From NCBI RefSeq assembly GCF_006345805.1, contig NC_043002.1:98146001-98210000 (forward strand): a stretch of DNA of 64,000 nt, written 5' to 3'. The translations under genes and the position numbers were made by a program. This DNA comes from Octopus sinensis. Lineage: Eukaryota. Under the pieces are notes generated by a model. That model did not search any database. It worked only from the letters and a program-made list of their open reading frames with translations, and had not been told where the DNA came from. Shown here in pieces: positions 35,643 through 48,391 of the stretch (positions are counted from its first letter, which is position 1; each line of letters starts with the position of its first letter).

Positions 35643-37012
35643 CGAGTTGAATGACCCGACGTTGTCCGGGTAACTGCAATTCTTATTCAGATTAGTGATA
35701 AATAAATATAACGGTATGCTCTTATAATTATTTCAAAATATCTATATTTTATTTAAAATATCCAAATTATATTGATAGTAGAATTTCGAACCGAAAATCT
35801 GTCAAAGTTGAAGCACCTCAGGTTACACAATATTCATTGTGTAATTTTTTGTTGATGCGGAAATGAATGAATCGTTGCTGCTTCCACACGCGAGCAAGCA
35901 ACATAGAGCTGGTAGTGTGAGAAACATGTAGTGGAGAGATCAAGTCCAACTACCTTTAGGGATTGACTCTACGATTTGTGAATTGAAATACCGAAACTTA
36001 TTTTGACTGAAAACTGAAAGCGTCTTAAATTCAAATGGAACATCTGTACGTATGAGTGAAATTCCATAGTCTTTTCAAATGCCATGATGGACCGTGACGT
36101 CTGGCGTAGCATGGTAAATTCTATTGTCTCGACCACGGTCGAACAATGATGATGATGATGAGAGAAATTTTTGGAATAAAGATATTTACTCCTTTGTGAC
36201 TATCAGTTATAACTGTTGCCTCTGGGAGATGGAGAGCATCTTGGAGATGAATATAATTTTTAGTCCTTAACTTTTTTTGATTGCTACGAATGTAGAGGAG
36301 ACCTCACTCTCAACTTTAGCATACATATCAATCAGCTATTGCTGAAATAGATCGCGTTACATGTGTAATTGATTTGATTGTTCTGGTCTTAACATCAGTT
36401 GGTAAGAATAGAAGTCATCTGACGACACCTTTTTGTTTGTAATAGGCTCTCCTGTTATAGGTTCAATCCATGGAATATTGAAATGATACCCATCTTGTCC
36501 ATTCCACAGAATAAGAGTATACCGGAGAGCATGATAAGAGGGATGAGTCTGTGAAACACATTTAAGGTTGCTATGTCGAACACGAATGAGAATTTCATGA
36601 TTTTCATGGGGATCACCAACCGTAAGGATGGCTACTTCATTAGATGTGGGCTCATTAAAACAGCGCAAAATGTTCTTTACTATTGTTTACTATTGACGTA
36701 ACGAACGCCTATCTCTGTCTCAGGACAATATGTAGCTTATAAACAACAGCCACATGTTCATGAGGAGATCTGATCTCTTTGGTCAACTTTCATTCTACAA
36801 GCTCACGAAACTAAAATTTGTGAATAAGAGTTTGATTCGGCTCCATGCAGCTTATAGTTTGGTGCGCTTGTAGAATGAACGTAGATTTTTAGGTTTAGGC
36901 AGCCGAACGGATAAAGGTCAACATGGCTACTGCAGATTGGGAACCTATTAGTCAAGGCAGGTCAAATGGTGCTATTACTATTAGTATTCACAAAATAGCG
37001 ATATTAAATAGA
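35643..37012 (-). mobile_element. Helitron derivative containing a Rep/helicase gene fragment
   Basis: The 36357-36668 minus frame reads FNEPTSNEVAIL..VSQTHPSYHALRYTLILWNGQDGYHFNI..KKVSSDDFYSYQLMLR, the block upstream of the Helitron Rep domain. A 3' hairpin cccggacaacgtcggg near 35655-35670 is followed by a decayed CTAG; the 5' end is tentative. Confidence 0.7.
36064..36157 (+). mobile_element. RTE-type LINE, 5'-truncated 3' end
   Basis: NAMMDRDVWRSMVNSIVSTTVEQ* + (GAT)n; flanks atgagtgaaatt / atgagagaaatt (12-bp TSD, 1 mismatch). Confidence 0.7.
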
Positions 37013-37370
37013 GGGAGTGATTTCAGGATACCACGACCGCACGCGCGTGTTTATGTGCGTGTATGTGAGTGTGCGCGTGTGTATTTGTGTGTGCGCGTGT
37101 TTGTGTGTGTATGTGTGTGCGCGCGTGTTTATTCCCCTCAACCGCTTTACTACTTGGTTTGTTTATGTTCCTGTAACAAAGCAATTTGATAAAAAAAAAA
37201 CAAAAAAAAAGAGACAACAAGAATAAGTAGCGGACTAAAAAAATACAGACTGGAGTCGATTTGTTCAAGACGATGCTCCAGTATGGCCGCTGTTCAACGA
37301 GTGAAACAGTAAAAGATAATACTAAACTCGTTGGAGTAGAGGATACTGTTTATTTAATTCGCCCGAAAGA

Positions 37371-37577
37371 TAAATTTCTTTACTACCCACAAGGGGCTAA
37401 ACACAGAGAGGGCAAACAAGGACAGACAAACGGATTAAGTCGATTATTTCGACCCCAGTGCGTAACTGTTACTTATTTAATCGACCCCGAAAGGATGAAA
37501 GGCTAAGTCTACCTCGGCGGAATTTGAACTCAGAACGTAGCGGCAGACGAAATACTGCTAAGCATTTCGGCCGGCGG
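37371..37577 (-). mobile_element. SINE family D next to an older D remnant
   Basis: Standard body and tail; the tail abuts ttatctttcgggcgaattaaat (old D core). Confidence 0.85.
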
Positions 37578-38349
37578 GTATGAACCCCACTCAAGTCATG
37601 AGGAAAATTTCAGTTTATAAGTTTGCTTGTGAGATAGTGTGTGATGTGGGTATATGCGTGCGAGCGTATGTGCGCGTATGTGTGTGTATGTATGCGTGTG
37701 GCTTTGTAAGTGGGTGTAAGCGTGTTTTGTGTGTAAGAATTGCAAAAAGAACGAGGCAACTTTGCTATTGATAAATTGATGAATTTTCATTCTAAAAGGT
37801 AGATATGTTGTTTTAGTCACATACCGATATGTGAAGTCGTTAGTTCTCGTTATGGAGTTCAGGTCAGACGAGTGAATGAATGGTTGTTCTATAAATAGTT
37901 AATAGTGGCCGAGAAGAACCGGCGAGCGACTGGTACCAATGATATATATACATGCATACATATTTATCTATACACATACATACATTCATATAAAGATGCA
38001 TGCGCACGTATCTACATACGTATATCATATGTGTGTGTGTGTGTGGTGTGGTGTGTGTGTATGTGTATGTATGTATATATGCATATATGTATATACATAT
38101 ATGTATGTATGTATGTGTGTATATGTATATAAGCATATATACATACATACATACATATATTACATACATATATATATATATGGGGGGGGGTCGTGTATGT
38201 AAGTAATGTATGTATGTATATATATATATATATATATAAATATATATATATACGTATATACATACAAGCACACACACACACACATATATATACAGTAAGG
38301 TATATTTGCCAACACAAAGTAGCAGTCCTACATAGAACGATGCTTGTGG

Positions 38350-38417
38350 ACATATGACGTAGTGGTTAAAAGCGCGTGTTACTAACCCCAAATTCCGAGA
38401 TCGATTCCAGGCAGTGA

Positions 38418-38471
<54 letters not shown>

Positions 38472-38496
38472 CATCGTAAATTAACTTAGGAATGAG

Positions 38497-38500
<4 letters not shown>
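38350..38500 (+). mobile_element. tRNA-derived head + (AAT)n, truncated SINE-like element
   Basis: A box gtagtggttaa and B box gatcgattcc, then (AAT)n and a short unique tail. Confidence 0.6.
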
Positions 38501-38525
<25 letters not shown>

Positions 38526-38527
<2 letters not shown>

Positions 38528-38860
38528 GGAGTGGCTGTGTGACAAGTAGCTTGCTTACCAACGACATTGTTCTAGGTTCAGTCCCACTACGCAGCACCTG
38601 TTATAGCTCCGGGCTGAACAATCCTTGTGAGTGGATTTAATAAACGGAAACTGAAAAGAAGCCCGTCGTACATATATTTATATGTATATGTTTGTGAGTC
38701 TGTGTTTGTCCCCAATCGCTTGCCAACCGATGCTGGTGTATTTACGTCCCCGTACTAGGTTTACAAAGAATAAGTTCTAGGGGTCTATTTGCTCGACTAA
38801 AGGCGATACTCCAGTATGACCACAGCCAAATGACTGAAACAAATATAAGAGTAAAAGATT
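38526..38860 (+). mobile_element. SINE family A with internal deletions
   Basis: Head ggagtggctgtgtg, central ggaaactgaaaagaagccc, tail aaatgactgaaac. Confidence 0.85.
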
Positions 38861-39070
38861 ATATATATTTACACGTGCAAACATATACATATGTATATAT
38901 CTACCGGTGCAAGTATATACATATTATATGCATATATATATATATATATATATAGATAGATACATATATATGCATATATTTTTCATTTATGTTTGTATTA
39001 TGTATGTATGTATGTATGTATGTATTTATGTTTGTACGTATGTATGTACGTATGTATGTACGTATGTATG

Positions 39071-41376
39071 ATACAAGGCTCATCTTTGGGATGTAGTGAA
39101 CACAGACAAATTCACATGTGGAACTTGAGAAAAGTCTTGCATATTTTTACTGTTCCTTTCACAGATTGCACTTGTAATGTACGAATCAGCCGGTCAGTTT
39201 CTCTTTCTGAAAAACTCAGTTCATCCAGATTATCCTTTAAGCATTTAATAACAAAACCTAGTGGTCCAATTATTATTGGTATGAATATGAATTCATAGCC
39301 TGGATATAGAAGCTGGAGGTTTCGAAGTAGCTGTCCATAGATATCCTCTTTTCCTTTGATTTTCAAAGAGGCATTTATACCTGCACGGCAGCTAACCTGT
39401 ATGATGGTACATACCTTTGTCTCTCCGTCCCAAACAACAATATCTGCCCTGTTATGTTTACATTTGACAGAAGTTTTTTGATGGGAGTATTCCACCAGTA
39501 TTCCTTGAGTTGGAGTTTATGAATGCATTCCATAACAGGAATTTTCTTAGTTTATTTCAGGATAGTCCTTTTTGCGGATGGCATTGTAAATTGTTTTAGC
39601 AACAACATTGTACTGCATAGGTAGGTAGTACCGTGACGACATCTTAGGACAGCTGCTAATCACATGCTTAATGTCTTCCACAGAAACATGACATAGCTTA
39701 TAGATGCGGTTGCACCTTGTGATTACAAGAACGTCACTGTCTCTGTTGTTTACCAGGTACTTTATAGCAATCTTCTGTTCCTGGATTGCAAGCGCATAGC
39801 CTGCAAAATGTGATTTGATGTAATGTAGTGGTCTTGTGTCCAAGAGAGGCTGTGCTTCGTGTCAATTCTAATGTCTTCTTCAAGCTTCCGGGCAACATAC
39901 TCATGCATAGTCTTTGTTTTTTTTTTTTGTATGCTGAGTGCTTTCCATCCAGGTTTTTTTTTTCTGAGGTAATTGACCCAAGCTGTTTTGGGGCTGTATA
40001 GAAGATCATCAGGAAGAGAGTGTTTCTTGAAGAGTTCACTGCCAACTCGTACAATGCTACTCACTTCACTTTTCAGGACTTCATTAATATATTTATTTTT
40101 GCTGCTCTTGTTTAGCAGGTGCAGCCTGGGTGATACCATACGGCATTCGAAGACCGCCTTCACTGATCTCAGACCTCTACCACTTTCATTTCTTCTCAGA
40201 TAGAGCCTGTCAACATCACTGTTTCTGTGGAAGTTCTCAGTTGTTGTCAGGATTTTGTGGGTAGAGGATTTCCTCTACAAATCAATCAAGTATCCCAAAT
40301 GTTGGTATCAGCACTGGTACTGAAAATTAATTGTGGGATATTGTTTTGTAGTAAGAGGAGAGTTCCGACTGTCCTATTTTCCTCTGTCTGGTGTAATATT
40401 CTCGGGTCACTCTATTTTTATTCACAATACCTTCATGATACATTTTCGTCTATACCTAGGTACTTGTAACATTCTTTATATGGAATGGGGGAGGTAGAGA
40501 GACCATTTATGTACAGGTTTCAGATTTGAAGGACTGACTTTCCTCGTTCTGTAACCAAATACGAAGATTTCTTTTGGCCAAATTCCATACCTATATCAGC
40601 TAAAAATGTTATTAATTCCAGTTGTTTTTTTTTTAACACTTTTAGCATAAATCTTCAGGTCGTCTACAAAGAGTTATATTGATATTTCTGGCAGTTATTT
40701 CTTAGCATGCAACCATTTGTGTTCTGCAGTAGGAACGATAATGGATTCGGTGCCAAAATGAAACGAAGTAAAGAAAGACTATCTCCTTGGAGTATTCCCT
40801 TTGTAATACCCCTACTATTAGAAACAATTATTCTCTTCTCAGTTGTAAGGGTAAGAACAGTTGTCCATGTCTTTGTGGGTCTCTCTATAGCAGCAATTAA
40901 GGTAGTAGGCACTTCAACAGCAATGAATAAGGGATGGAGTCGAATGCCTTCTTATAGTCAAGCCATACTGTCACAATGTTTCTGTATTGGTTTCTTACTT
41001 CAAACAGTACAGCTTCGTTTATTAAAGGTTGTTCGGCACATCCCCACACTCCCTTGTTTCCACCAGTCTGTTCATCAGTCACAATGTTGTTCGACTTACA
41101 ATGGTCCTGGAAGAATTGTTTGAGGCAAATTGTGTACAGTTTGTACATAATATTTAGGCAAGCAATGGGCCTGTAGTTTCCTGCCATCTCGGTGATTTCA
41201 TTTTTGGCAACAAGATTTGTCCTTGCTGTAGGAAGCCAATTTTGTATAACGGTCTGATCTTCCATAGTCCTTCTGAAAGTACATATCAACTGGTTTCTAT
41301 AAAATGCCAGTTTCTCGTACCAATATCCAACTATCAGGTCCCTTCCAGGTGCCTTCCCATTCTGCAGTTTGCCTAC

Positions 41377-41377
<1 letters not shown>
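39071..41377 (-). pseudogene. R4/Dong-type non-LTR retrotransposon (RT, CCHC, restriction-like endonuclease), 5'-truncated and frameshifted
   Basis: KAPGRD; NYRPIACLNIMYKLYT; WLDYKKAFDSIP; GILQGDSLS; CHVSVEDIKHVISSCP; HNRADIVVWD..IIQVSC..K..Y..IPIIIGPLG; stop at 39112-39114. Confidence 0.88.
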
Positions 41378-41407
<30 letters not shown>

Positions 41408-42080
41408 TGTATGTATGTATGTATGTATGTATGCATGCATGTATGTATGTGTGTATGTATGTGTGTATGTGTGTATGTGTGTGTTTATGTATGTATGTAT
41501 GTATGTATGCATGTATGTATGCATGTATGTATGTATGTATGTATGTATGTATGTATGTATGTATGTATGCATGCATGCATGTATGCATGTATGTATGTAT
41601 GTGTGTATGTGTGTATGTATGTATGTATGTATGTATGCATGTATGTATGCATGTATGTATGTGTGTATGTATGTGTGTATGTATGTATGTATGCATGCAT
41701 GTATGTATGCATGTATGTATGTGTGTATGTATATATATGTGTATGTATGTGTGTGTGTGTGTTTATGTATGTATGTATGCATGTATGTATGCATGTATGT
41801 ATGCATGTATGTATGTGTATATTTATGTGTGTGTGTATGTATGTATGCATGTATGTATGCATGTATGTATGTGTGTATGTATGTGTGTATGTATGTATGT
41901 ATGTATGTATGTATGCATGCATGTATGTATGCATGCATGTATGTATGTATGTATGTATGTATGTTATGTATGTATGTATGTATGTATGTATGTATGTATG
42001 TGTGTATGTAAGTATGTATGTATCTATGTATGAATGTAAGACTGTGTGTATGTAAGTATGTATGTATCTATGTATGAATG
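41378..42080. repeat. About 700-bp (TATG)n-derived array
   Basis: Directly visible. Confidence 0.95.
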
Positions 42081-42231
42081 TAAGACTGTGTGCGATTGCA
42101 TGTGCCTTAGTGCTTAGAGTGTTGAACTCACGATTTTAATGTCTTGGGATCGATTCCTGGATCGGACGATGCGTGAGCAAAACATATCATTTCAAGTTGC
42201 TTTATTTCACTTAACTGAAAATGTACGTATA

Positions 42232-42632
42232 TGTTAGTTAGTTAGTTAGTTAATTTTTTGGCTCAAAAAGCAAAAAGCAAGGCCATGTAGGGGGACATGG
42301 AGTTATGTACAGAGTGGTGTTCATGTAAAGAGTTCAGGCCACTTGAGGTCAAGGGAGACTTTGAACAAAGCGGTCATCGGCATCTTCACCATCTCGTCGG
42401 GCAGCTTGTTCCACGGATCCGCAAGCCGGACGGAGAAAGCCCCTCTCCTTCGATTGAGATGAAATCGTCGCAGATAGAACTTTTCGGAATGACCCCGCAG
42501 CCGACGCTCTGGAGCAGGAGTGAAGAACAGCTCTTTCGAGAGGTTACACTTTCCGCTTATGATGTTGTGAGCGAGAATGAGATCACCACGGCGTCGTCGT
42601 TTTTCTAGAGAATAAAGGTCGAGCGTCTTCAA
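42232..42632 (-). pseudogene. CR1-clade LINE 3' end with (TAAC)n tail
   Basis: LDLYSLEKRRRRGDLI..LRGHSEK..FSVRLADPWNKLP..FKVSLDLKWPELFT*; tail aattaactaactaac. Confidence 0.9.
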
Positions 42633-42939
42633 TGTTAAAGACACACAAAATTCCAAAAGGTATTAAATTAGGCGACAGATTAATTCTATCACCCATGTAA
42701 GCCATATCGGAATTTGAACTCAGACAGTAAAGAGTCGGAACAAATATTACAAGGCTCCAGTTCTACATTCCTGCAGTTTTGTCATTCCATTATACTGGAT
42801 TGGTAGATTTCTTTTTTTGTTTGTTTTCTTTTTGTTTGGTTTTATCGGCCCTGACATGCCCGGATAATGGGATCGATCCCGGGTCTTCATAATTGCACAG
42901 TATTCTTCTTAAACCACTCGGCCATGCTTGCTTAGACAC

Positions 42940-42985
<46 letters not shown>

Positions 42986-43183
42986 CCACACACAAATACA
43001 CACGCGCAACAAGCACATGCACACATATAAATATAGAGATATTTATATGTACAAAGAACACTAGCAGGGTTCGAAATTCACAACTCTTTCGGCAGCATTT
43101 TTATTGATGCAGTCTTAGATTATAGCATGGCAAAAACCCGTCATCGTTAGGTGGGATTTTAAACTTATAAACAGGTATAAATA

Positions 43184-43600
43184 GGCGCAGGAGTGACTGT
43201 GCGGTAAGTAGCTTGCTTACCAACCACATGGTTCCGGGTTCAGTCCCACTGCGTGGCACCTTGGGCAAGTGTCTTCTGCTATAGCCTCGGGCCGACTAAA
43301 GCCTTGTGAGTGGATTTGGTAGACGGAAACTGAAAGAAGCCTGTCGTATATATGTATATATATATAAGTGTGTGTGTGTATATGTTTGTGTGTCTGTGTT
43401 TGTCCTCCTAGCATTGCTTGACAACCGATGCTGGTGTGTTTATGTCCCCGTCACCTAGCGGTTCGGCAAAAGAGACCGATAGAATAAGTACTGGGCTTAC
43501 AAAGAATAAGTCCCGGGGTCGATTTGCTCGACTAAAGGCGGTGCTCCAGCATGGCCGCAGTCAAATGACTGAAACAAGTAAAAGATAAAAGATAAAAGAG
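43184..43600 (+). mobile_element. SINE family A, full-length reference copy
   Basis: tRNA-like head, central domain, internal (TA)/(TG) microsatellite, 3' stem-loop cagtc-aaat-gactg and (TAAAAGA)n-like tail. Confidence 0.95.
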
Positions 43601-43775
43601 GTAAGGCAGAAATAGGTGACCAGTTCACCTACAATTACGGTGGACCAACGAATGGAAATTATGAGTTGCTTCAACGTACTGTAAGCTCAATACTGGGTGC
43701 CTAGTAAAATCCCGGCGCCCTACACGTTGATATACCTAGGTTCTAATGAAACATGCAACTGAGATATTTTTTTTA

Positions 43776-43988
43776 TATGAGGAGTGCTGAAAAGGTTCTG
43801 GAATTGGGATAAAGAAAATATAGGAGGATCAGTTAATTGTGATTTTATTCAACATATTCATACATTTATCGGAGTGGTCCTTCAGTTTTTCTAAGCCTTG
43901 TAGAAGTACTCGGAAGTTTGGGCCTCCAACCGAGCTTTTCGCGATACTCTTAAAGCGAGGAACTTTTCAGCACCCCTCCCCCCTCGTA
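43776..43988. mobile_element. Mariner-derived MITE
   Basis: tatgaggagtgctgaaaaggttc ... gaacttttcagcacccctcc..cctcgta imperfect TIRs. Confidence 0.6.
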
Positions 43989-44244
43989 CCATTAGTAGCT
44001 TGGTCTGGAGGAAGTGACCGTATCCATGGCTTTCACAGACTCTCTGAGATTGGTGCGATCGACGCCGTTAATACGCTATTGAACAGCAGTTACAAACTGT
44101 TGACTGAAAAAAAAAAGAAAAGAAAAAATAAGAAGAAATAAGAAAAAACATAAGCAGCGAAGTAATTCCAGTGGGATACAATTTGAGGAATGATGAATTT
44201 GATAAAATTAGCTCGTGCGGGGGTCTGAGTATAGAAACGGTATA

Positions 44245-44617
44245 TGGATGGAAGCACTCCGTCGGTTACGACGATGAGGGTTCCGGTGATCCGATCAACG
44301 GAACAGCCTGCTCGTGAAATTAACGTGTAGTGGCTGAGCCTCCACACACGTGTACCCTTAACGTAGTTCTCGGGGATATTCAGCGTGATACAGAGAGTGA
44401 CAAGGCGGCCCTTTGAATACAGGTACAACAGAACAGGAAGTAAGAGTGAGAGAAGTTGTGGTGAAAGAGTAGCAGCAGGGATCACCACATCCCTGCCGGA
44501 GCCTCGTGGAGCTTTTAGGTGTTTTTGCTAATAAAACTCACAACGCCCTCTGGGAATCGAAACCGCGATTCTACGACCGCGAGTCCGCTGCCCTAACCAC
44601 TGGGCCATTGCGCCTCC
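44245..44617 (-). mobile_element. SINE family B, full length
   Basis: 12-bp TSD agaaacggtata at 44233-44244 and 44618-44629. Confidence 0.95.
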
Positions 44618-45164
44618 AGAAACGGTATAGTGGAGGGGAGAAGAGAAACAAAAAAAAACACATGGAATATTTGAAAAGAGGACAGGAGGGAAGGGCGAGA
44701 CTAGCCAGCTCTGGGATATAGGATTCATTGAAGTAGCATAAAATATATTTATTACCAGGAAGAATGCTACCCATTTGACATACTGCGCTACTTCCTTATT
44801 TTATTACAATATCTCTGTAAATATAATAGAAACACTTCAGATTTACACTGTTAAATGTTGAAAACTTTTTCATTAAAAAAAAAAATCATTTCTACTTCCT
44901 TTCCAGTATTGCAAAGGATGAGAAGAACCATGAGTAGAATGGTTTACTGTTAATATTTAAAATCTTTTATCGCTTACATTTTTACTGCGGCCATGCTGGA
45001 GTACCACTTGGAAAAGTTTAGTCGAACAAATCAACTCAAATACTTGTATTTAAGTCCTGGACTTACTCTATCGGTCTCTTGTGCCAAACCATTAAGTGAC
45101 GGGGACGTATATCTATCTATCTATTAAATATATCTAACTATCTGTCTGTCTGTCTATCTCTCTC

Positions 45165-45241
<77 letters not shown>

Positions 45242-45262
45242 TAACTATATATATATATATAT

Positions 45263-45296
<34 letters not shown>

Positions 45297-45374
45297 TACT
45301 TAGATAGATAGATAGATAGATAGATAGTAGATAGATAGATAGATGATATATAGATAGATAGATAGGGAGAGAGA

Positions 45375-45406
<32 letters not shown>

Positions 45407-45654
45407 AGAGATGGTGCTGTAGGAGAAGTTTCATGCCCAGTAGGACTTAACCAGGAACCATGCGGTTGGAAAGTGAACTTCTTAACACACGCCTACTATC
45501 AATACATTCTTTCTCAAATCTCCCCGGATGAGATGAATAAATAATCAAGAAGCTATTTTCTTATTTATTCTCAGCCATGTTCCACTCCCAGACCGCGATA
45601 AATGAACGGGATTGGAACCATACCTCCATTTGGTCCCAGCGCACTAACCTAATC

Positions 45655-45870
45655 CATCTAAAGTCGATTTAGCCAATTCATAGATGAATTCAGAGATGAA
45701 ACTAACATGACATGACATTTTCATTTGATGTAGTATCTGCCTGATCAAGTGACCTGAGAGGATATGTTCCAGATATTAATGTCTCGTTTGTATGTTGATA
45801 GCATCCTTATCTTTGGAGTCGATAATCGAGTGAAAGAAAGGGTCAGAGGGTTGGTAGTGGAATGGCAATG
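45655..45870 (+). pseudogene. Very decayed Ty3/gypsy RT fragment
   Basis: KVDLANS..KLT and EDMFQILMSRL-YVDSILIFG resemble the KxDLxxAY..KLTTF and FQ..M..YVDDILIFG motifs. Confidence 0.4.
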
Positions 45871-46629
45871 ATTCAATGTTTCTGATGGCAATCACATATA
45901 CGTTGTCTTTTCGTTTTTTTTTTCTTTATTTTTATCATTTCCTTCCACCTTCTTTATTAAGCTAGATCCCTCGACATTCTAGACACGACCAGACTAATAC
46001 ACACGTTGACCACAATAAAGTAATTATATCAGATTGGCTTCTAGACAGTTATTAAAAAGCACCTGAGAGATCGTTAGAGAAGACCGCCCCTTAAAACGCA
46101 CACATACACACACACTAACACAACTCGAATTTAGATAGAGTGACGCAGTGATATAATGCAGCAAGCCAACCCTTAACCTGCTGCCTGATCACGTAATTTT
46201 ATTGCAAGATATACAGCACACACTTAAGGCTAATTTACATCAATACAGCTACATTTTCCATCTGTTAATAGATTTAGTAACAAACTACATCCTGTATCCT
46301 CATACGTTCCTAAATAAAATATATATCTTCCATCTAACTCTCTCTCTCTCTCTTTCTCGGTGTATATTTACTCTCTTTCAATTTCTCTCAAATCCTCTGA
46401 GAGTTCTCATGAATATATTAACTAGAGAGAGACATTGTTAATATTCTGACATACTGAAGCACGGAATTTGGTCTTGAATTTTTCAACCTTTAAAATAAAT
46501 GTACAGCTCCCATTCCTGATATATGTCAAACACTCCTATGTCACTTACATCCTGATAAATGAGTGTGAATAAGTATACACACACACACACGCACACATAC
46601 ACACACACATACACACACACAACACACAT

Positions 46630-46940
46630 ATATATATACCCATACATACATACATACATACATACATACATACATGCATACACTTATACACAAATACACG
46701 AGGACTCAAACACGTATGCATGTATGTATGTATGTATGTATGTATGTATGTATATATGTATGTATGTATGTATGTATGGATGGATGGATGGATGTGTGCA
46801 TGTATGTATGTATGTATCTATGTATGTATGTGTGTGTATGTATGTATGTATGTATGCGTGTATGTATGTATGTATGTATGTATGTATGTATGGATGGATG
46901 GATGGATGGATGGATGGATGTGTGTATGTATGTATGTATG
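46630..46940. repeat. (CATA)n/(TATG)n/(TGGA)n compound microsatellite
   Basis: Directly visible. Confidence 0.95.
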
Positions 46941-47132
46941 TAGTCTTTTACTTGTTTCAGTCATCAGACTGCGGGTGATCTAACGGGATATATTCCGAAT
47001 ATTAATGTCTGATTTTAAGTTGAAAACAATAAACAACAACATAGAATAAAGATACACACAAACACACACACACACCACACACACACACACACACAACAAG
47101 AGCGCGTGCACGCAGGCACAAATATACACACG

Positions 47133-48170
47133 GGTATGTGTATGTATGTATGTATGTATGCATGCATGTATGTATGTATGTATGTATGTATGTATGTATG
47201 TATGTATGTATTATGTAATGTATGTATGTATGTATGTATGTATGTATGTATGCATGCATGCATGTATGTATGTATGTGTGTATGCGTGTATGTATGCATT
47301 ATGTATGTATGTATGTATGTATGTATGTATGTATGTATCATGCATGCATGTATGTTGTATGTATGTATGTATGTGTTGTATGCGTGTATGTATGCATGTA
47401 TGTATGCGTGTATTTGCATGTATGGTATGTATGTATGTATGGTGATGCGTGTATTATGCATGTATGTATTAGTATGTATGCATGTATGTATGTATGTATG
47501 TTATGTATGTGTGATGCGTGTATGTATGCAGTATGTATGTATGTATGTATGTATGCATGCATGTATGTATGTATGTATGTATGTATGCATGTATGTATGT
47601 ATGTATGTACGTATGTATGTATGGATGAATGGATGTATGTATGTATGGATGTATGGATGTATGTATGCATTATGTATGTATGTATGTATGTTGTATGTAT
47701 GTATGTATGTATGTATGTATGGATGTATGTATGTATGTATGCATGCATGCATGTATGTATGTATGTATGTATGTATGTATGCATGCATGCATGTATGTAT
47801 GTATGTATGCATGCATGTATGTATGTATGTATGTATGTATGTATGTATGTATGTATGTATGTATGTATGTATGCATGTATGTATGCATGTATGTATGTAT
47901 GTATGTATGTATGTATGTATGTATGTATGTGTGTGTATGTATGTATGCATGCATGCATGTATGTATGCATGTATGTATGTATGTATGTATGCATGTATGT
48001 ATGCATGTATGTATGTATGTATGTATGCATGTATGTATGCATGTATGTATGTATGTATGTATGCATGTATGTATTATGTATGTATGTCTGTATGTATGTA
48101 TGTATGTATGCATGTATGTATGTATGCATGTATGTATGCATGTATGTATGTGTGTGTGTGTGTGTGCGTG
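47133..48170. repeat. About 1-kb (TATG)n-derived array
   Basis: Directly visible; source of the 200-355 aa artefact ORFs. Confidence 0.95.
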
Positions 48171-48391
48171 TGAGGGTATGTGTTTATGCTTATGCTTCCT
48201 TATGGGTTCACACTCGCAGAGTGTGGCTACAATACCAAATAAAAGTATACCAAAATATGAATAGTGTGTATGAATATTAAGCTAATGTGGCCGATGTAAT
48301 TAATGAAGATCAAACATCTAAAACAGTACAAATAAAACTCCGTGGTTATACATTCTGGTAAATACGATAGATATATCACGTTCGTATAGAC

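Noticed and set aside
46945-46975. CTGATGA-CT-GAAAC-AAGT-A on the minus strand
   Set aside because: A point variant of the SINE-A tail (caaatgactgaaac); no stem II or stem I.
47106-48280. ORFs of 200-355 aa (MYVC/HTYI repeats)
   Set aside because: Translations of the stop-free (TATG)n array in several frames; the same applies to the ORFs at 23873-24569, 41242-42055, 53660-55050 and 61555-62352.
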